From the NCBI RefSeq assembly GCF_009914755.1, contig NC_060932.1: DNA of 64,000 nucleotides, one strand, 5' to 3'. This DNA comes from the human T2T-CHM13v2.0 reference genome, Homo sapiens. The notes under the pieces were generated by a model. The model made no database searches, had not been told where the DNA came from, and was given only the letters and a program-made list of their open reading frames with translations. Positions within the stretch are counted from its first letter, which is position 1. Each line of letters begins with the position of its first letter. A program made the position numbers and the translations under genes. This document shows, in pieces, positions 55,508 to 64,000 of the stretch.

Positions 55508-58500
55508 GTGGATATTTGGATAGATTTGAGGATTTCGTTGGAAACGGGATTATATATCAAAAGTAGACAGCAGCATTCTCAGAAACTTCTTTGTGATGTT
55601 TGCATCCAGCTCTCAGAGTTGAACATTCCCTTTCATAGAGTACGTTTGAAACCCTCTTTTTATAGTGTCTGGAAGTGGGCATTTGGAGCGCTTTCAGGCC
55701 TATGCTGAAAAAGGAAATATCTACCTATAGAAACTAGACAGAAGCATTCTGAGAATCACGTTTGTGATGTGGGTACTCAACTAACAGTGTTGATCCATTC
55801 TTTTGATACAGAAGTTTTGAACCACACTTTTTGTAGAATCTGCAAGTGGATATTTGGATCGCTGTGAGGATTTCGTTGGAAACGGGAATGTCTTCATAGA
55901 AAATTTAGACAGAAGCATTCTCAGAACCTTGATTGTGATGTGTGTTCTCCACTAACAGAGTTGAACCTTTCTTTTGACAGAACTGTTCTGAAACATTCTT
56001 TTTATAGAATCTGGAAGTGGATATTTGGAAAGCTTTGAGGATTTCGTTGGAAACGGGAATATCTTCAAATCAAATCTAGCCAGAAGCATTCTAAGAAACA
56101 TCTTAGGGATGTTTACATTCAAGTCACAGAGTTGAACATTCCCTTTCACAGAGCAGGTTTGAAACAATCTTCTCGTACTATCTGGCAGTGGACATTTTGA
56201 GCTCCTTGGGGCCTATGCTGAAAAAGGAAATATCTTCCGAAAAAAACTAGACAGAAGCATTCGCAGAATCACGTTTGTGATGTGTGCACTCAACTGTCAG
56301 AATTGAACCTTGGTTTGGACAGAGCACTTTTGAAACACTCTTTTTGTAGAATCTGCAGGTGGATATTTGGCTAGCTTTGAGGATTTCGTTGGAAACGGTA
56401 ATGTCTTCAAAGAAAATCTAGACAGAAGCATTCTCAGAAACACCTTCGTGATGTTTGCAATCAAGTCACAGAGTTGAACCTTCCGTTTCATAGAGCAGGT
56501 TGGAAACACTCTTTTTGTAGTATCTGGAAGTGGACATTTGGAGGGCTTTGTAGCCTATCTGGAAAAAGGAAATATCTTCCCATGAATGCGAGATAGAAGT
56601 AATCTCAGAAACATGTTTATGCTGTATCTACTCAACTAACTGTGCTGAACATTTCTATTGATAGAGCAGTTTTGAGACACTCTTCTTTTGGAATCTGCAA
56701 GTGGATATTTGGATAGATTTGAGGATTTCGTTGGAAACGGGATTATATATCAAAAGTAGACAGCAGCATTCTCAGAAACTTCTTTGTGATGTTTGCATCC
56801 AGCTCTCAGAGTTGAACATTCCCTTTCATAGAGTAGGTTTGAAACCCTCTTTTTATAGTGTCTGGAAGCGGGCATTTGGAGCGCTTTCAGGCCTATGCTG
56901 AAAAAGGAAATATCTACCTATAGAAACTAGACAGAAGCATTCTGAGAATCACGTTTGTGATGTGGGTACTCAACTAACAGTGTTGATCCATTCTTTTGAT
57001 ACAGCAGTTTTGAACCACACTTTTTGTAGAATCTGCAAGTGGATATTTGGATAGCTGTGAGGATTTCGTTGGAAACGGGAATGTCTTCATAGAAAATTTA
57101 GACAGAAGGATTCTCAGAACCTTGATTGTGATGTGTGTTCTCCACTAACAGAGTTGAACCTTTCTTTTGACAGAACTGTTCTGAAACATTCTTTTTATAG
57201 AATCTGGAAGTGGATATTTGGAAAGCTTTGAGGATTTCGTTGGAAACGGGAATATCTTCAAATCAAATCTAGCCAGAAGCATTCTAAGAAACATCTTAGG
57301 GATGTTTACATTCAAGTCACAGAGTTGAACATTCCCTTTCACAGAGCAGGTTTGAAACAATCTTCTCGTACTATCTGGCAGTGGACATTTTGAGCTCCTT
57401 GGGGCCTATGCTGAAAAAGGAAATATCTTCCGACAAAAACTAGACAGAAGCATTCGCAGAATCACGTTTGTGATGTGTGCACTCAACTGTCAGAATTGAA
57501 CCTTGGTTTGGACAGAGCACTTTTGAAACACTCTTTTTGTAGAATCTGCAGGTGGATATTTGGCTAGCTTTGAGGATTTCGTTGGAAACGGTAATGTCTT
57601 CAAAGAAAATCTAGACAGAAGCATTCTCAGAAACACCTTCGTGATGTTTGCAATCAAGTCACAGAGTTGAACCTTCCGTTTCATAGAGCAGGTTGGAAAC
57701 ACTCTTTTTGTAGTATCTGGAAGTGGACATTTGGAGGGCTTTGTAGCCTATCTGGAAAAAGGAAATATCTTCCCATGAATGCGAGATAGAAGTAATCTCA
57801 GAAACATGTTTATGCTGTATCTACTCAACTAACTGTGCTGAACATTTCTATTGATAGAGCAGTTTTGAGACACTCTTCTTTTGGAATCTGCAAGTGGATA
57901 TTTGGATAGATTTGAGGATTTCGTTGGAAACGGGATTATATATCAAAAGTAGACAGCAGCATTCTCAGAAACTTCTTTGTGATGTTTGCATCCAGCTCTC
58001 AGAGTTGAACATTCCCTTTCATAGAGTAGGTTTGAAACCCTCTTTTTATAGTGTCTGGAAGCGGGCATTTGGAACGCTTTCAGGCCTATGCTGAAAAAGG
58101 AAATATCTACCTATAGAAACTAGACAGAAGCATTCTGAGAATCACGTTTGTGATGTGGGTACTCAACTAACAGTGTTGATCCATTCTTTTGATACAGCAG
58201 TTTTGAACCACACTTTTTGTAGAATCTGCAAGTGGATATTTGGATAGCTGTGAGGATTTCGTTGGAAACGGGAATGTCTTCATAGAAAATTTAGACAGAA
58301 GCATTCTCAGAACCTTGATTGTGATGTGTGTTCTCCACTAACAGAGTTGAACCTTTCTTTTGACAGAACTGTTCTGAAACATTCTTTTTATAGAATCTGG
58401 AAGTGGATATTTGGAAAGCTTTGAGGATTTCGTTGGAAACGGGAATATCTTCAAATCAAATCTAGCCAGAAGCATTCTAAGAAACATCTTAGGGATGTTT

Positions 58501-59086
58501 ACATTCAAGTCACAGAGTTGAACATTCCCTTTCACAGAGCAGGTTTGAAACAATCTTCTCGTACTATCTGGCAGTGGACATTTTGAGCTCCTTGGGGCCT
58601 ATGCTGAAAAAGGAAATATCTTCCGACAAAAACTAGACAGAAGCATTCGCAGAATCACGTTTGTGATGTGTGCACTCAACTGTCAGAATTGAACCTTGGT
58701 TTGGACAGAGCACTTTTGAAACACTCTTTTTGTAGAATCTGCAGGTGGATATTTGGCTAGCTTTGAGGATTTCGTTGGAAACGGTAATGTCTTCAAAGAA
58801 AATCTAGACAGAAGCATTCTCAGAAACACCTTCGTGATGTTTGCAATCAAGTCACAGAGTTGAACCTTCCGTTTCATAGAGCAGGTTGGAAACACTCTTT
58901 TTGTAGTATCTGGAAGTGGACATTTGGAGGGCTTTGTAGCCTATGTGGAAAAAGGAAATATCTTCCCATGAATGCGAGATAGAAGTAATCTCAGAAACAT
59001 GTTTATGCTGTATCTACTCAACTAACTGTGCTGAACATTTCTATTGATAGAGCAGTTTTGAGACACTCTTCTTTTGGAATCTGCAA
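55508..59086 (+). repeat. Three 7-mer HORs
   Basis: 3 x 1193. Confidence 0.96.
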
Positions 59087-60442
59087 GTGGATATTTGGAT
59101 AGATTTGAGGATTTCGTTGGAAACGGGATTATATATAAAAAGTAGACAGCAGCATTCTCAGAAACTTCTTTGTGATGTTTGCATCCAGCTCTCAGAGTTG
59201 AACATTCCCTTTCATAGAGTAGGTTTGAAACCCTCTTTTTATAGTGTCTGGAAGCGGGCATTTGGAGCGCTTTCAGGCCTATGCTTAAAATAGGAAATAT
59301 CTACCTACAGAAACTAGACAGAAGCATTCTGAGAATCACGTTTGTGATGTGGGTACTCAACTAACAGTGTTGATCCATTCTTTTGATACAGCAGTTTTGA
59401 ACCACACTTTTTGTAGAATCTGCAAGAGGATATTTGGATAGCTGTGAGGATTTCGTTGGAAACGGGAATGTCTTTAAAGAAAATCTAGACAGAAGCATTC
59501 TCAGAAACACCTTCATGATGTTTGCAATCAAGTCACAGAGTTGAACCTTCCGTTTCATAGAGCAGGTTGGAAACACTCTTTTTGTAGTATCTGGAAGTGG
59601 ACATTTGGAGCGCTTTCAGGCCTATGGTGAAAAAGGAAATATCTTCCCATAAAAACGACATAGAAGCTATCTCAGGAACTTGTTTATGATGCATCTAATC
59701 AACTAACAGTGTTGAACCTTTGTACTGACAGAGCAGTTTGAAACACTCTTTTTTTGGAATCTGCAAGTGGATATTTGGATCGCTTTGAGGATTTCGTTGG
59801 AAACGGGATGCAATATAAAACGTACACAGCAGCATACTCAGAAAATACTTTGCCATATTTCCATTCAAGTCACAGAGTGGAACATTCCCATTCATAGAGC
59901 AGGTTGGAAACACTCTTTTTGGAGTATCTGGAAGTGGACATTTGGAGCGCTTTCTGAACTATGGTGAAAAAGGAAATATCTTCCAATGAAAACAAGACAG
60001 AAGCATTCTGAGAAACTTATTTGTGATGTGTGTCCTCAACAAACGGACTTGAACCTTTCGTTTCATGCAGTACTTCTGGAACACTCTTTTTGAAGATTCT
60101 GCATGTGGATATTTGGATAGCTTTGAGGATTTCGTTGGAAACGGGCTTACATGTAAAAATTAGACAGCAGCATTCTCAGAAACTTCTTTGTGGTGTCTGC
60201 ATTCAAGTCACAGAATTGAACATCCCCTCACATAGAGCAGTTGTGCAGCACTCTATTTGTAGTATCTGGAAGTGGACATTTGGAGGGCTTTGTAGCCTAT
60301 CTGGAAAAAGGAAATATCTTCCCATGAATGCGAGATAGAAGTAATCTCAGAAACATGTTTATGCTGTATCTACTCAACTAACTGTGCTGAACATTTCTAT
60401 TGATAGAGCAGTTTTGAGACACTCTTCTTTTGGAATCTGCAA
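59087..60442 (+). repeat. Single 8-mer HOR (1356 bp)
   Basis: Marker 59087 to 60443; 8-mer signature present. Confidence 0.96.
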
Positions 60443-63400
60443 GTGGATATTTGGATAGATTTGAGGATTTCGTTGGAAACGGGATTATATATCAAAAGTA
60501 GACAGCAGCATTCTCAGAAACTTCTTTGTGATGTTTGCATCCAGCTCTCAGAGTTGAACATTCCCTTTCATAGAGTAGGTTTGAAACCCTCTTTTTATAG
60601 TGTCTGGAAGTGGGCATTTGGAGCGCTTTCAGGCCTATGCTGAAAAAGGAAATATCTACCTATAGAAACTAGACAGAAGCATTCTGAGAATCACGTTTGT
60701 GATGTGGGTACTCAACTAACAGTGTTGATCCATTCTTTTGATACAGCAGTTTTGAACCACACTTTTTGTAGAATCTGCAAGTGGATGTTTGGATAGCTGT
60801 GAGGATTTCGTTGGAAACGGGAATGTCTTCATAGAAAATTTAGACAGAAGCATTCTCAGAACCTTGATTGTGATGTGTGTTCTCCACTAACAGAGTTGAA
60901 CCTTTCTTTTGACAGAACTGTTCTGAAACATTCTTTTTATAGAATCTGGAAGTGGATATTTGGAAAGCTTTGAGGATTTCGTTGGAAACGGGAATATCTT
61001 CAAATCAAATCTAGCCAGAAGCATTCTAAGAAACATCTTAGGGATGTTTACATTCAAGTCACAGAGTTGAACATTCCCTTTCACAGAGCAGGTTTGAAAC
61101 AATCTTCTCGTACTATCTGGCAGTGGACATTTTGAGCTCCTTGGGGCCTATGCTGAAAAAGGAAATATCTTCCGACAAAAACTAGACAGAAGCATTCGCA
61201 GAATCACGTTTGTGATGTGTGCACTCAACTGTCAGAATTGAACCTTGGTTTGGACAGAGCACTTTTGAAACACTCTTTTTGTAGAATCTGCAGGTGGATA
61301 TTTGGCTAGCTTTGAGGATTTCGTTGGAAACGGTAATGTCTTCAAAGAAAATCTAGACAGAAGCATTCTCAGAAACACCTTCGTGATGTTTGCAATCAAG
61401 TCACAGAGTTGAACCTTCCGTTTCATAGAGCAGGTTGGAAACACTCTTTTTGTAGTATCTGGAAGTGGACATTTGGAGGGCTTTGTAGCCTATCTGGAAA
61501 AAGGAAATATCTTCCCATGAATGCGAGATAGAAGTAATCTCAGAAAGATGTTTATGCTGTATCTACTCAACTAACTGTGCTGAACATTTCTATTGATAGA
61601 GCAGTTTTGAGACACTCTTCTTTTGGAATCTGCAAGTGGATATTTGGATAGATTTGAGGATTTCGTTGGAAACGGGATTATATATCAAAAGTAGACAGCA
61701 GCATTCTCAGAAACTTCTTTGTGATGTTTGCATCCAGCTCTCAGAGTTGAACATTCCCTTTCATAGAGTAGGTTTGAAACCCTCTTTTTATAGTGTCTGG
61801 AAGCGGGCATTTGGAGCGCTTTCAGGCCTATGCTGAAAAAGGAAATATCTACCTATAGAAACTAGACAGAAGCATTCTGAGAATCACGTTTGTGATGTGG
61901 GTACTCAACTAACAGTGTTGATCCATTCTTTTGATACAGCAGTTTTGAACCACACTTTTTGTAGAATCTGCAAGTGGATATTTGGATAGCTGTGAGGATT
62001 TCGTTGGAAACGGGAATGTCTTCATAGAAAATTTAGACAGAAGCATTCTCAGAACCTTGATTGTGATGTGTGTTCTCCACTAACAGAGTTGAACCTTTCT
62101 TTTGACAGAACTGTTCTGAAACATTCTTTTTATAGAATCTGGAAGTGGATATTTGGAAAGCTTTGAGGATTTTGTTGGAAACGGGAATATCTTCAAATCA
62201 AATCTAGCCAGAAGCATTCTAAGAAACATCTTAGGGATGTTTACATTCAAGTCACAGAGTTGAACATTCCCTTTCACAGAGCAGGTTTGAAACAATCTTC
62301 TCGTACTATCTGGCAGTGGACATTTTGAGCTCCTTGGGGCCTATGCTGAAAAAGGAAATATCTTCCGACAAAAACTAGACAGAAGCATTCGCAGAATCAC
62401 GTTTGTGATGTGTGCACTCAACTGTCAGAATTGAACCTTGGTTTGGACAGAGCACTTTTGAAACACTCTTTTTGTAGAATCTGCAGGTGGATATTTGGCT
62501 AGCTTTGAGGATTTCGTTGGAAACGGTAATGTCTTCAAAGAAAATCTAGACAGAAGCATTCTCAGAAACACCTTCGTGATGTTTGCAATCAAGTCACAGA
62601 GTTGAACCTTCCGTTTCATAGAGCAGGTTGGAAACACTCTTTTTGTAGTATCTGGAAGTGGACATTTGGAGGGCTTTGTAGCCTATCTGGAAAAAGGAAA
62701 TATCTTCCCATGAATGCGAGATAGAAGTAATCTCAGAAACATGTTTATGCTGTATCTACTCAACTAACTGTGCTGAACATTTCTATTGATAGAGCAGTTT
62801 TGAGACACTCTTCTTTTGGAATCTGCAAGTGGATATTTGGATAGATTTGAGGATTTCGTTGGAAACGGGATTATATATAAAAAGTAGACAGCAGCATTCT
62901 CAGAAACTTCTTTGTGATGTTTGCATCCAGCTCTCAGAGTTGAACATTCCCTTTCATAGAGTAGGTTTGAAACCCTCTTTTTATAGTGTCTGGAAGCGGG
63001 CATTTTGAGCGCTTTCAGGCCTATGCTGAAAAAGGAAATATCTACCTATAGAAACTAGACAGAAGCATTCTGAGAATCACGTTTGTGATGTGGGTACTCA
63101 ACTAACAGTGTTGATCCATTCTTTTGATACAGCAGTTTTGAACCACACTTTTTGTAGAATCTGCAAGTGGATATTTGGATAGCTGTGAGGATTTCGTTGG
63201 AAACGGGAATGTCTTCATAGAAAATTTAGACAGAAGCATTCTCAGAACCTTGATTGTGATGTGTGTTCTCCACTAACAGAGTTGAACCTTTCTTTTGACA
63301 GAACTGTTCTGAAACATTCTTGTTATAGAATCTGGAAGTGGATATTTGGAAAGCTTTGAGGATTTCGTTGGAAACGGGAATATCTTCAAATCAAATCTAG

Positions 63401-64000
63401 CCAGAAGCATTCTAAGAAACATCTTAGGGATGTTTACATTCAAGTCACAGAGTTGAACATTCCCTTTCACAGAGCAGGTTTGAAACAATCTTCTCGTACT
63501 ATCTGGCAGTGGACATTTTGAGCTCCTTGGGGCCTATGCTGAAAAAGGAAATATCTTCCGACAAAAACTAGACAGAAGCATTCGCAGAATCACGTTTGTG
63601 ATGTGTGCACTCAACTGTCAGAATTGAACCTTGGTTTGGACAGAGCACTTTTGAAACACTCTTTTTGTAGAATCTGCAGGTGGATATTTGGCTAGCTTTG
63701 AGGATTTCGTTGGAAACGGTAATGTCTTCAAAGAAAATCTAGACAGAAGCATTCTCAGAAACACCTTCGTGATGTTTGCAATCAAGTCACAGAGTTGAAC
63801 CTTCCGTTTCATAGAGCAGGTTGGAAACACTCTTTTTGTAGTATCTGGAAGTGGACATTTGGAGGGCTTTGTAGCCTATCTGGAAAAAGGAAATATCTTC
63901 CCATGAATGCGAGATAGAAGTAATCTCAGAAACATGTTTATGCTGTATCTACTCAACTAACTGTGCTGAACATTTCTATTGATAGAGCAGTTTTGAGACA
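60443..64000 (+). repeat. 7-mer HORs (two complete, third truncated by window end)
   Basis: Marker at 60443, 61636, 62829. Confidence 0.96.

Larger units (their letters stand above)
1..64000 (+). repeat. Centromeric alpha-satellite HOR array (SF2-like dimeric, CENP-B-box rich), likely human chr8 D8Z2
   Basis: ~171-bp periodicity (boxes at 70, 241, 412, 583); alphoid motifs CATTCTCAGAAACTTCTTTGTGATG, GAGTTGAAC, GTGGATATTTGG; HOR periods of 1193/1356/1868 bp. Alpha satellite is certain. The chr8 assignment is about 0.8 and rests on recall that D8Z2 has 4/7/8/11-mer variants; other SF2 arrays (chr9, 13, 21) also have 7- and/or 11-mers. Confidence 0.99.

Noticed and set aside
151-63830. About 190 short ORFs (62-105 aa) in the six-frame track
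   Set aside because: They recur with HOR periodicity, mostly begin at GTG/TTG, resemble each other only because the monomers are paralogous, have no recognisable domain and are freely broken by indels. They are satellite translation artefacts, used here only as phase markers.
1-64000. CRISPR-like array (conserved GAGGATTTCGTTGGAAACGGG with intervening sequence)
   Set aside because: The conserved motif is the CENP-B box. The intervening segments are 150-320 bp, homologous and repeated, and there are no cas genes.
1-64000. Transposon insertion (L1/Alu), inversion or non-alphoid island
   Set aside because: Every interval between marker monomers is 1191, 1193, 1355, 1356 or 1868 bp and all boxes are on the + strand, leaving no room for foreign sequence.
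1-64000. Assignment to chr13/21 (D13Z1/D21Z1) or chr9 arrays
   Set aside because: These are also SF2 arrays with 7- and/or 11-mer units, but the frequent 8-mer alongside 7- and 11-mers fits D8Z2 better. Not formally excluded without alignment to T2T HOR consensus sequences.

Overview
The whole 64 kb is one uninterrupted, unidirectional array of primate centromeric alpha-satellite DNA (~171-bp monomers), with CENP-B boxes (TTTCGTTGGAAACGGGA) and pJalpha-type boxes alternating in the dimeric SF2-like pattern. It is built from three near-identical higher-order repeat (HOR) variants: 7-mer (1193 bp, occasionally 1191), 8-mer (1355/1356 bp) and 11-mer (1868 bp). I phased units on the monomer that starts the recurring pseudo-ORF 'MDIWIDLRISLETGLY'. 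From position 898 the order is 7,7,7,7,7,7,7,7,11,7,11,7,7,8,8,7,7,11,7,7,7,8,8,7,7,7,11,7,7,11,7,7,7,8,8,7,7,7,11,7,11,7,7,7,8,7,7,(7 partial). That gives 33 complete 7-mers, 7 8-mers, 7 11-mers and two partial 7-mers. This variant set best matches the live human chromosome 8 array D8Z2; the match is from recall, not alignment. I found no genes, RNA genes, transposons or inversions, and all ORFs in the track are satellite artefacts. I see no new coding system. The interesting signal is structural and evolutionary: a two-module architecture behind the HOR variants with breakpoints resolvable to 10 and 30 bp, a 10-16 kb super-HOR periodicity supported by shared SNPs, two independent losses of the same CENP-B box, a short inter-monomer gene-conversion tract, four-gamete evidence of recombination among 8-mers, and a CpG-decay mutation spectrum. 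Variants were read by eye, so the lists may be incomplete.
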